Assembly (NCBI GenBank): GCA_001642005.1 | Contig: LWCA01000011.1 | Span: 27,475 to 91,474, forward strand | Direction of reading: 5' to 3' | Length of the DNA stretch: 64,000 nt | From: Intoshia linei | Taxonomy: Eukaryota > Animalia > Orthonectida | Shown here: positions 52,473-64,000 of the stretch, piece by piece | Numbering within the stretch: position 1 is the stretch's first letter | Layout: each line of letters starts with the position of its first letter | Position numbers and translations under genes: made by a program | Notes under the pieces: generated by a model | Told to the model about the DNA's origin: nothing | Databases searched by the model: none | What the model saw: the letters and a program-made list of their open reading frames with translations, nothing else

Positions 52473-55361
52473 TTAATTAAATACTGAATTTACAAATGAT
52501 TTTTCTAGATTTATCAATCTTGCCAAGTATCAATGTACAAAATACAGTAAAATACAAAACAATAAGAGAACTTAAACTGATGATAATGAAATGAATCCAC
52601 ATGATAATTTTTGGTTTATAGACTTCTAGTTGAAATTTTTTGTTATATCTAAATAATACTTATTAGTCGTAAACAATAAGTATTATTATTTAAAAATTAC
52701 ATGAACCAGTTATTGATTGTTGAAACCAGATAACAAATTGCGCATAGTGAATGTCCGTGTAAATTGCTGTAAGAGTAAAAGTTTTTATCATTCCTCCCTA
52801 ATATTTAATACTTACAATTTTACATTAAATATGCATACCTGACCACTCGTAGCTCATATACGCATTAATAACAACAGAAATGGACCATAAAAAAATTAAT
52901 AAATACTTTTCTATGATCTGTTCATAATCTGAGTAAATTTCACCCAAATGGAAATTATGATTGCAATTACTATCTACATTTAAATAAGCATTAAATATTT
53001 AAATTTTGGATAATTACCGGGATTACGCTTCACAGTTGTATAAATGAAAAATATAATTATGGTTGAGACAAACGATGTATTAAACAAATTATTCGTGACG
53101 TTACCTAAAGGATATAATGATGTTGAAATTTGTCAGATAAAACAAAACATTACAAGAATTTCTGAAACAACCATACAAGAGAGTAATAATATTAGGTATA
53201 ATGTTGATTATTATTACAATCAAAGAAAATATGCAAATAGATTGATTTACCTACAGTAAAATTAAACTAGTCAGATATGTCTTACCTTTGAATAACTATA
53301 AAAAATACTATAATATATAAATATAATCAGACTAAATACTTGAAATGTTATTATGAAAATCATGTAAACTAAATGAAATAAAATTATTAATATAAATCAG
53401 TGGTCCTTTCCGTGTTTTAATAACGGTTTTCAATTAATAATTTGAATTTAATTTAGTAAAAAATCAATTTTCTCATAAGCAAAGGTGTTACCAGCATTTC
53501 TGGTTTTATTACCATCAAAATTATAAAAATTACATTAATTATTTAGAAAATTTTGTAAAATACATTAGTGCAGAGTTGCCAGATGTTGGAATTTATCCCA
53601 AAACCTAGACTTCTATCTAGATTAACTAACTAGATTATTCCACTTTTATCCCACCATAATAAAATTTAATAAAAAATAACATTTCAAGCCCTCATGGAAA
53701 AATTGACTTACCCCAATATTCTTTTCAAAAATCCGAATTTACAAAATCTTATGATAAAAATCCATTTCATCAAACCACAAATAAAAAATCTAATTTTCCA
53801 GCCTTTAATGGAAAAATATCCTTTTTCCAATACTTTTTTTAAAAACCTCTTATTCCAACCACAAATTACTAACGCTTAAGGGAATTATCCTCTTTTTCCA
53901 ATATTATTTTGAAAAATAATATGAGTTGTTACGAACTGGATTACGTTACTGGATTTACTGTTACAAAAAAACTCTTAATCCAACAACAAAATAAAACACC
54001 ATAATTTTAGCTACAATGAAGGAATAATCCCTTTTTTCCGAGTATTTGGTTCTAAATATTAAAAATTTGTGAGACTCATAAGCGTCATTATATTCAGTTT
54101 ATATTTTACAAATTAGTCAATAAAAAAATCGCTGGTACCAGCAAATCGACCACCCTTGCTCATAAGAGATAATGAACCATGTTACTATATTTAAAATATA
54201 ATTTTGATAAAATTACAAAATTTTTTCATTTCCGATGTACAAACAAAATGATAAAACTTGTTGGACATTAGTACAAAGTTTAAAAATTGGATTGGTATGT
54301 AGCACGAACCGATGAATGTAAAAATATAAACCATTACTATACGATATGTAAATTTTATTTATCTTGTAAATAAACCTGAATCAAAATTTCCTATGGGTAT
54401 TAATAATGTTAAGAGGATTGAAATTGTTATTGTGAATATCTTGAAATGCCACAATCTACAAAAATATAAATATACGGAGTATAAAATACTCTTATTTTTA
54501 CCCATTGTGAAATAATTTCATATAAAAATTAGACTGAATGGTTTTAAACGTTATGCATGTTAAAAGACAATGATAACTAGCAACAACGAACCCAATCCGC
54601 ATTGTTAAAACGAAATCAAAGTTTTCAATACTCATTTTCAGGTATTCTGAAGAAATCTAAACCATTTGTATATATTAACTTTTTATTTTAAAATAATGTA
54701 TGATAAGTAAATAAAGGAAAGTGTTGGTTGAATTATTGGAATGTGGCCTTATGTATGAAATGGGTTCCCACCCCTGAGGGTTGGTAAAACTGGATTTTTC
54801 CTTTTAAAGTTGGTAAAATTGGAATTTTCACTGAAGGGTTTGTGGAAATTAATTTTTCCCTTAGGGGTTTGTAAAAGTGGATTATTCCCTTAAGGGTTTG
54901 TAAAATTACAATTTTCACTTAAGGGTTTATGAAAATTAATTTTTGACCTTAGGGGTTTGAAAAGTGGATTATTCCCTGAAGAGTTTGTAACAGTGGGTTT
55001 TTCCTTTAAGGGTGGATAAAATAGGAATTTTCACTTAAGGGTTTGTAAAAGACGATTTTTAGTAAAAATGTTTGGGTTTAAGAATATTCTCGTTTAAAAA
55101 TATATTGTAACTGAACAGTTATCATTTCTAATATATGATGAATAAAATTACATTAAATATGCTATCAACTTTTATAAAATTAGAAATGATGCATATAATG
55201 GCAAACAATAGAAGCATCAAAGAATACCATTTACGGCTTAGTTGAGCACTCGATTGACACATTAAAAAAGTCTTAAATAATCCTTTCCGTTGATGTGTCT
55301 CGTTTGGGTTGCTTGAATAAGTATAAAGTTCTGACATTTTATTATTATTATAAGAAAACAT
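52473..55361 (-). CDS. SERINC: Serine incorporator (SERINC/TDE family) multipass membrane protein, divergent, about 10 small exons
   Basis: Manual splicing gives SAQLSRKWYSLMLLLF...|...MRIGFVVASYHCLL...KLFHNG|LWHFKIF...LLIPIGNF..|..IGSCYIPIQF...|...NLFNTSFVS...KRNP|DSNCN...|...FYSYSNLH...YLVSTINNWF|...IMWIHF...; stop at 52473-52475. This matches the SERINC motifs HNGFWFFK, FILIQL, GLLQSS, NEP..C, YSYSFFH, LTNW and WVK in order, with consistent splice phases. Confidence 0.85.
53571..53940 (+). mobile_element. hAT-like end followed by the shared satellite-like module, in a SERINC intron
   Basis: Begins CAGAGTTGCCAGA. 53650-53940 is the reverse complement of about 18040-18340, including the junction into the hAT dimerisation remnant (ATGAGTT.TTACGAACTGGA). 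Confidence 0.6.
54777..55060. repeat. About 29-bp tandem satellite, about 10 units, in SERINC intron 1
   Basis: Units such as AAGGGTTTGTAAAAGTGGATTATTCCCTT and AAGGGTTTGTAAAATTACAATTTTCACTT, abutting a hAT-like end TTCCCACCCCTG (ends 54776). Confidence 0.9.
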
Positions 55362-55787
55362 TTAAATTTATATCGTATTGAAATGCAGATGTTTTTATTT
55401 ATTAGTTCAATTAATAATTTTAAAAAAATTTAAACTATAATTAAATCAAAAAAAAATAAATTGATCATGTCCTTTAAATATGGACATTTACCTGCTATCC
55501 AAGCATAATATATATTTTTGTTTTATTTAATTTTGAATAAAATATATTCGTTATTCTTGCATCACTTTTTGTGTACATTGTACGGTTGCAGATGTTTTGA
55601 TTATGTAGTAAACATTGCTAATTTTGCGTAAAATAATAAATTACAATTATGGGTGTTAAATTTTAAAAATTTACCTTTGAACAAAGCAGTGCTTTCCAAC
55701 AAGTGTCGCAGGTTAAATATTGCCGACTTTACAACAATACATATTTGTTTTTGATTCAAAATGTTCAAGTTTCTATAGGCCCACACG

Positions 55788-56222
55788 CAGAGCCGTCTTA
55801 AGCCACTTCGTGTCTCTGGGCTAAGAAAAGGGCCGGAGGCCCTTTAACGTTTCGAAGTTTTAAAGATCGAAGCGATAAAAAAATATTATTAAATATTAGA
55901 GCCCCTTTTTAGACATGCATACTGTTGGTTGAAAACTTAGTCTTATTTTATTGAGTATTAATAAAGGCATTAAAAGATATTATGTAGGTTTCTAGAAACT
56001 TTTATTTCTTTTACAAAAACTTACTTACAATATTAAAATTGACAAAATAATTTTTTTTACTGACCTTCAAATTTAAATACTGACAACCAATTATTTATAC
56101 TGACAAACCACCTACAATACTGAAAAATCAATATTTATACTGACAAACCATCACAAATACTGACACGATAATGAGTGGATCTGGGCTACAGCCCATATTG
56201 CCCATACCTTAAAACAACTCTG
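55788..56222. mobile_element. MITE (CAGGGCCGTCTTAAG-type ends) with internal ATACTGACAA repeats
   Basis: Ends CAGAGCCGTCTTAAG / CTTAAAACAACTCTG; flanks CCCACACG / TCCACAGG (6/8); five ATACTGA motifs at about 21-bp spacing, 56077-56165. Confidence 0.6.
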
Positions 56223-57024
56223 TCCACAGGTCGTACCTTGTAAATGGTTGGTCTGGAAGGTATATCCCTAACATTGACTATTAAACCCAGGAGAATCCGC
56301 GGAACTATTCATTTATCAGTTGTATCACATTTATATTCATTAGACTCATGATTTATATTTTTGAAAAAAATATTGACCAAAGTGAATTTTTCCATTTTTC
56401 AAAGTAATAAGTATAATTGCATTAAGAAGTGTTTTCACATTGGTTTGGTAAAATCGCAATTTTCAAAAAAAAATTAGAAAAAGTGGATTTCTCTCTTAAA
56501 GGATGATAATTGAGTTGTTTTTTTCCTAGATTTGGTAAAATTGTATTTTTTAAAAAAATATTGGAAAAAAAAAGATTTTTTCTCTTAGGATTAAATTAAG
56601 GTTTTACTTATTAAGGTTTAAGAACGGATTTTTCATAAAATATTATGAATTGGATTTAATTATTTTCTCCTTAATAATATTAAATTAATTCCTGAAATAA
56701 TACATTACTTTAGACGTGGCCCCTTTGAGAAGCACCCAATTAAAACTATTAAAAATTAATGTGTCCGTTTTATATGCATATTTGGAGTCCTGTAATAGAT
56801 ATTGAAACCTTTTCACATATTAATCTCAACAATTTAAAAAATATTTACACATCAATGAAATAAACATCAAAATAAACAAAGAAATCAAAGTAAAAAACAT
56901 GCACCAGTTGAAATTATGACGAAATTCGACAATTGTACTTTCTAATATATTTTAAGATTTTCAGGAGTTAAAATAAATGTAAAAATTTACTGTTATATTT
57001 TAAAAAATTTTATTTTTTAAAGTA

Positions 57025-58904
57025 TTAATTTATTTCATTCGTAATGGTAGCAAGGTTAGTCAATTTAGTAATATTTGAAGGATTTTCATTATACACAATT
57101 TTAACCATCTACAAAAATATATTATAAAAACTAAAATAAAAAAACCTGATCAAACACTAAATCCATGGCAGAATCTATGTTTTCTCCGATTTCTGACATA
57201 TTTCCAGTGTATCTAATGTACGACCAGGTACATAAAGTAATTAGAGTGACCAGTGCAATAATCTGTAACAAACTTGCAAGAGAATACATTCCGACAAATT
57301 GGAAAATGTTTGACAAAAAATAAATAAATATAGTGATAGAGACTAGTAGAGCAGCCGTACGCCCTCGTGCCATAATACTTTTTGCCTGGTTATTAGATAT
57401 GTAAATAGTATATTGTTTTTCAATTATGGTATTGAGATTATCTGAATACTTTTTACAGAACGATTCGTCACCCATTTTGGGCTCATCGATAAACATTTTG
57501 CTAAATAAGATTATACAAATACTTTATTTAAAATTACACGGCAGTACTTTTAATCTGCTTATGGTATTCGCTCAGAGTTTTATTGTTTATATAGCTTTTA
57601 CTGGAACCACATACCTAAATTGTAACTATAACATTTTCATTGCACTTTGTACTTGTTCCATTAAATGGTTGTATTTATCTTTGGCTTTAGAAACTGCCGA
57701 CAAATTATTTGCTTCCGCAGTTGCATCCAGCATTGATTTTGGTTCAGGAAGATTACTACTCTTAAAAGTTTCGACATATGTTTTAAAGTAGAAAAACAAA
57801 TCTTTACAAGTGATGGCATTACCACCAATCTTTTTAATGTTTACATTTTCAGAGCTCAATATTTGAGGAATGAAAATTCTCAAATATTCAACAAAAATCG
57901 GCTCAATATCTTAAAATAATTAAAATGGTATTACTAATTAGGCAAGATACCTTTGATGTTTCCATCATATTTCGAATTCGTAGCAACTTTCATTCCAGGA
58001 TGTGGCATTAAGAAACAATCGATATTTTCATAATATGATCTAATATTTTTTCGTAAACTTTGGAGTTCTTCGTGTTGGTTCGGTTTTACCTAATAATCGT
58101 CATGTCATTTTGTTCATTTTAAACGAACCTGCATTCGTTTTTGCAAGAAAGCCGCACCTCCTTCATTACCATAAGCATAATTATCTGGATATGACCAATC
58201 GCGTATGAGAAAAATTAGTTTCTAAATACAAATAACGCCAAATTATCCATACATTACTTGAAAAGGTTTAATATTCGATTTTGCTTGACGAGCAAGTCGT
58301 CCATATTCCCCGAAAAGCTAATAAAATTCTACATAAATATGCTTAAATATACGTGTAAGTGTTGTAGATTATCTTCTTGTAAATTGCTTTGCAAATTGTA
58401 CACTTGAATGGAACTCAACATAGAACTAAGCGCAAATATTGTAGCGCATTCTTTAACAGTTGAGTCAGAATCAAATGCACCTTGGGTATCCATTAAAATT
58501 ATAGCTACCTTAATGTCATTGTACAATTTTTTTATTATTATACCTCTTCAGATTTAGAAATTTTGACTATAATTGGTTCTGACCACAATAAAATTCCTGT
58601 AGTTTTTCTTTCACTGCCGGCTTCCCATGGAAAACCAACTAATGGTTCATCATAACCACCAATCCAATCACTTTTTGTCTAGTATAATTAAATTATATTT
58701 GTTTAAAGTAACCTCTGCTTTTAAATATCTAATGCAAAAATCCAACAAAAAAGATTTTCCCTTTCTAAATGCTCCAGCAACAGAAAGTACTACTACTTTC
58801 AAACCGGCCACTTTAGGGTTACACAAAACTTTAGACAAAGCTTCCTGGTCTAGTTCGATTGAGTGGTCTTCATTTACCGATACGACTTGAATATCATTTG
58901 CCAT
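57025..58904 (-). CDS. ATL: Atlastin (ER membrane-fusion GTPase)
   Basis: P-loop [71 protein letters not shown], two TM helices and amphipathic IGENIDSAM; stop at 57025-57027. Confidence 0.97.
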
Positions 58905-59939
58905 TGTAGAAATTGTCAGTTTATGAAATGTTAATGTAACCTATTTATTTCGATTTTATATTAAACATTCAACTTTATTTTCTAATCAAACTCAGACACT
59001 ATCTAATTTACAAAATTTTAAGTACACTAAGTTTAGTCAATTTGAGTTGCATCTCTGCATTAAGGTAATAAGGATATTTGTATTATAGGTTGGCTTTTCT
59101 GTAATGTTTTATATATAAAATATGAATTTTTACTTATTTTATAAATTTTGGTATATTACGGTAATTGTTTCTAAAACCAAATGAAATATCTATATAAATA
59201 AATGTTTTTTAAATAATTAAATGTTAATTTATATCTGTAGAATATTAATGACAGACCCGTTTTTTCTTATACTATATTTCGATACTAGAATCAGTCATGA
59301 AAAACTGTATTAGCAATTGGGGTTTTTTAAATAAACGGTAACACACATTAACGAGTATATCAGCAGAGGATGGAATGCAGTGTTGGTAAAATGTGTTTTC
59401 TGTTGAAATTAAGCAATGGGCGTATTTATTTAACTTCAAAAAATCATAAAAGATATAGATTTCATGAATTTAACAAGGTTCAATTACGTATGATTGAAAT
59501 TTACCAGTTTGGTTCAATGAGCATTACATTGAAAAATTTACTAAAAAAATGTTTTTAATTTTCTCTCATAGGTAAAAAATATAGCTTTGATTTTTATTGG
59601 AGGGGTAGAGTAAGAATTTTTTGATTATAAAAAATATCAAAAATTAATTTTCCAATATAATTTAAAAATAAACACACATTTTACTTGATTTCCACCATTT
59701 TTTTAATACCGTCATAGGGTCTACAGCGAAAAAGGGTTGCAAATGCCTCAAAAAAGAAATAAATATTCATAAAATAACAAATTTGTCCGGTCACAACATT
59801 GATGAAACCTGACATACAAGAACAAAAAGATGATAACTGAATATGAGTATGATATATAAAAAAAATTTTAATTAATTATATACACAAACTGTTCCGTTTA
59901 TGGAACAAATGAAGGTAGTTTAAAAATGTATGTTCAAAA

Positions 59940-62900
59940 TTAGACTTTACTCTTGATAGGGTTAACGTCTTGAGGTTTTTCAAAATCTGATTCTTTATTT
60001 TTAGAGTGGTGCCTCTCAAACCGAGAACGGCTGGATCTATCTCTAGACTCACGAGATCTAGATAAATGCCTCGATGATTCCCGACTCTAAAACAATTTTG
60101 TAAAAATAAAAAGTTTTGTAAATTACCCAATGCCTACTTCGACTAATGGACCGATCACTTCGACTTCTAGACATTGATCTATCGCGACTGACACGTTCAG
60201 CTTGTATAACTCTTTGTGAAATGTGTTTGGGTAATACAGAAATCTGAAACTAAATAAATCAAATTTAAAACAATATTACGTTTCTAGCATAAGATGACGA
60301 ACTCTTGATGATTTCCAAAACCTTATTATTCAAATCCGGAAGATCCGTTATGGCTTTAATGTATTGTTCTTCGGTCAATTCCAATACAAGATGAATAGAG
60401 CTAGGTAATGTTTTATCTAGGCAGCGAATAAGACCTTCCCATATGTGTTTAGTTGTCCATGTCTAAAATATAAAATAAACAGTATAAACTAGAAACTACC
60501 TTTTTTCTCATAAGCTTTTGCATAATCTCAATCAAAAATTCTGTTCGCAGAGCATTTATTTTAACCATTTGCAATATAGTTCTCATAGATAACAAAGGAA
60601 GTGGTTCGTGATTCGTAAGTTTTGTTACCACCGACTGAACAATATTTGGTTTCAATATCACATTATCCTCCATACAGGGGTTAAGGGCTAACATAATTTC
60701 GCGCATTGTAATAGATTTATCATCCATTATATGTATTTCGTAAATAAGATCAGCAGGGTCGACAGCTGAATCTGCCATATTATTTTCCAAATCAAAAATA
60801 CGGGCGTACATTTCTGGTAAAGTTTTTGGTATTTCTCTGACAACATTCGGCAAAATTTCTAAAATTTCGCTTTTTTTTAAGCCGCGAACAATTGAAAGCA
60901 ATAATCGTATATCCTTTTTTTCACGAGAATCATATAAAGTACGAACAAGTTTGACAATTTCGTCAGTGGGTTTTTCTTTTTCTGTGAGAATGTAACAAAT
61001 TCTAATAATCAATTTTTCTGCACCGACTGGACAATTTCTGATAATATCCAAAATATGATTAGACTTCATACCAAGATTTTTTATTAAAGGTTCCATCACG
61101 CCCAATACCGTTGAAACTGTAGAAGCATGTAGACCGGGATATATTTTCGTGAATTGGGATAACAATGAAGAATTTAACTCTAGCAAATGTAAGAAAAGGT
61201 GAACACAAGCATAAATTGATCTTTTGGTCCACTCAGATTCTACTTTTAAATTTTCATTTTTATTAAATTCCTCTTGAATTTCTAAAGGTGGATTTTCGTT
61301 ACAAAGCAACCTACATGAAGCAATAGAATATTGAGTTATGGATTCATTGAAAGCAGTGTTTGCCAGTAAAGTCTTAGCAATATCAATGGCACTTTTTCTG
61401 AGTAAAATATTGGCCTTTCGGCACATGGATAAGAATAAATATAAAAATTCAGTTCTCATACAAGGGCGTATAAGAATTAGCTGTCTTAGAACAAATAATC
61501 CTACAAACTTTTTAGATTCGTCCATACAAGCTTCAGTTAAAATTGATATTGCATTAGGGGTAATGTAAGGAGCTTTTGTAACAAAATCGATAAGTTTCAG
61601 TGTTAAATTATCAACCTCCAACAATCTTTTCAAAATTGCAGAGAGACAATAATCGTAATGTTGGGTAACTAGTTTATTGTGTTGACTTTTTTTGTATATA
61701 GAACCGATCGAAATATATTTTCTGAAAACGGCATACTCTTTCATCAACCATTCTATAGCATAAGTATAATTTTTTTCAACATTTAAAAATATAAATTCTA
61801 ACAACACTTTCCGGTAATCCTCCTTTCGAAGAACGCAAACAATGTGTATTAAAATCTGTATTCTATACTTGAAAAATTTAGACGGTATGTCGCTGGCCTT
61901 TAAAAACCTTTCAATAGTGTTTTCGCATAGACTTACAACGTTGTCCTTCTTGTTATAATTCACTGCATGGATATTGAAATAAGAACTTTGTTTAACAGGT
62001 CTGAACTGCAAAGAGGTTGGTATTTTTACACCAATACTAGGCAAAATGGTATCTTTATCTTGCAAATTAGAAATTGTAGGAATTACTGTAATTTTTGATT
62101 TTTCGATTGTAGTGGCTTTACTATTGTCGCAACCGATTCCAATATTTGCACTTGTCATTTGTGTGGCTAATAATCTAGATATGTGTAAAATGTGCTCCTT
62201 TGAGGCTGAATTAGCTACAGACGTATAAGACGACTGAAAACCAGCAGACATTGTGGATGGCAAATAATTCATACTCAACATTACTATATCTGCTACCACA
62301 GGTAAACTTAAATTTTCAAAGATATCTTCGGTAGTGGATTCAATGGCATTCATTTCTTCATTTGTATCGGTTTCTCGTTTTATATAAATCTTTTTCGGGG
62401 TTTGTTCATCCGAATCAACATACTTTTTGTAAATTTTATTCAAAGGACATAATTTGACGATTCTGTCAATCTCATTTTGAGAGACACCGAGATCAAACAA
62501 TATTAAATTGATCATATTTTCAATTTCCGTATCAGCATATTTTAAAATGTCCAGCAAAATAAATTTAATAATTTCATTTATCCCACAAATTTGCATTTTT
62601 GACAGCATACTGGGTAATGCTGCGTGTAAATATTCAAAAGATTTTAGGATAGTTTCCACAAATTGGGGTCTTCGTTTCAAAATCCTGGAACATGTCAATA
62701 AGGCTGCCGTGATAAATCCACTTTTATTTTTTTCATCCATAAGAGACTTTAAAAATTTATCCAACCAAATTTTAGCTTCTTTAAACAAAACACTTTGAAA
62801 TAAAATGGGATGGTTTTTATTGATACAGTTTATGCAAAAATCATCAATGCTATCCTTGTAAGTGTACTCATTGTTGTCTTGGTAAGAAAGGGCGCAAATG

Positions 62901-63467
62901 TAATTTTCAAAAAATATTAGAGCAGTGGTTCGGAGACTGCATGTAGGGTCGATACAATCAGTCAAAATTTCTTGGTTTATTTCGCAGATATAAGCCCAAT
63001 TATTTTTAATTTCTTCGGTGGGATCTCTTTTCTTTAAAAGCCACATTAATGTAGCCTTGTACATGTAGGACAAATTCAAAATCCCCATTTTTCTCACACG
63101 GTAGTTATTCTTTCGTGAAATTATGGCGTATTGTGTCAATACTTTTGGAATTATATCTACATCTATCATTACAGCGTCTTTGTAAAATTCTAATAAAAAC
63201 AGTGAAACTTCGGTCGAACCATTATCGACATAATTGTTTATTTCGTCTAAAAAATTGTCCAACAATTCAATATCATCGTACAAAATCAATTGCTTAATCT
63301 AAATAGAAATTACTTTTCTTTAGAAATCTAATGTACCTGTTTCAAAATATACACTTTGATATTTTCATTTTTCTCTATTGCCGCTTCGTTTAGATACTTC
63401 ACTACCTAAATTATGTTGATAAAGCCATTGTTTTATTTACCTTTTCACTTAAATTGTAGTCACTCAT
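59940..63467 (-). CDS. SYMPK: Symplekin (3'-end processing scaffold)
   Basis: MSDYNLSEK|...ELLDNFLDEI; VADIVMLSMNYLP..M...FQSSYT, HISRLLATQMT, CPVGAEKL, DIRLL, PLPLLSMRTILQ, IWEGLIRC; RS-rich tail; TAA at 59940-59942. Confidence 0.93.
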
Positions 63468-64000
63468 GATAAATTTTTGATATGATAAACTAAACTAAAT
63501 TAACGATAAAATAATACATGACAACATATTCATGACAACATGGTTACAAATAATCATTTTTGTAATTTTAATTATGTAATTATTGCAACATACGATGCCA
63601 TTATGTGATAATTAAACGAAATTATATATTCACTATCATATACATAATTATATCTTTTAAATACACCAAACACCAAACACCACAGCAAAAACCAAAATTA
63701 TTGAATATGGAATCTATATTACAGTGTCTGATATTGAAAAATTGATCTCAGATAAAATTATATATTAATAATCGTTATTTTTTCACGGTTACTATGATAT
63801 TCTTCGTATCAAATATACCGCTCGCAATCGGGAATAATTCCACTAATTCTTTTTACATAATAGGATTATGTTGTCTATGATATTTACTAAATATACTTTT
63901 ATTTATTGTTTATTTTTGATTATAAAAATGAAGTGTAATTATTTTAAAAAAAAACACATTTTGTCACATATGTGGTGTTTATTTAAAGTTAAAAAATAAA

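Noticed and set aside
54100-54185. Candidate extra SERINC exon (LTWFIISYEQGWSICW) or an in-frame TGA suggesting recoding
   Set aside because: Its splice phases do not fit the next exon, whereas direct phase-1 splicing from 54217 to about 53368 gives a clean alignment. No evidence for readthrough or a variant genetic code; all genes use standard stops.
53694-54918. ORFs 53694-53879 and 54733-54918 as repeat proteins
   Set aside because: They are translations of the satellite module lying in SERINC introns.
54777-55060. CRISPR-like array
   Set aside because: Units are contiguous degenerate repeats with no unique spacers, there are no cas genes, and the array lies in a eukaryotic intron.

Overview
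Very AT-rich, gene-dense metazoan (eukaryotic) genomic DNA, not prokaryotic. Most introns are about 30-50 nt GT-AG, so the ORF track breaks genes into fragments and misses many exons. The few long introns and spacers are filled with small DNA-transposon derivatives. Manual splicing supports 17 protein-coding genes, in order: SLC16 (MCT8/10-like) transporter, Vsx/Chx10 homeobox, neuroglian/L1CAM, CHORDC1, CHMP2A, CCDC61, a PH-domain adaptor, a SUEL-lectin type I membrane protein, CLYBL, RNF19-type RBR E3, TAMM41, CSTF2, pyruvate kinase, CPT2, a divergent SERINC that is almost invisible in the ORF track, atlastin and symplekin. Repeats include a decayed Ty3/gypsy pol, a Tc1-type IR/DR end, several hAT MITEs with 8-bp TSDs, a MULE transposase remnant, a multi-copy Helitron-like element (one copy runs into a tRNA-Gly(GCC)-like sequence) and a 29-bp satellite module found inside unrelated elements. 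Tiny introns, trimmed and divergent proteins and a spiralian-type lectin suggest a genome-reduced invertebrate such as an orthonectid; this is inference and was not checked. I found no CRISPR or other prokaryotic system and no clearly new multi-gene system. Best leads: the miniaturised SERINC, an L1CAM with no FIGQY tail, possible operon or trans-splicing architecture, and the tRNA and satellite cargo in the transposons. All exon boundaries and family assignments come from manual translation and remembered family motifs, without database searches.
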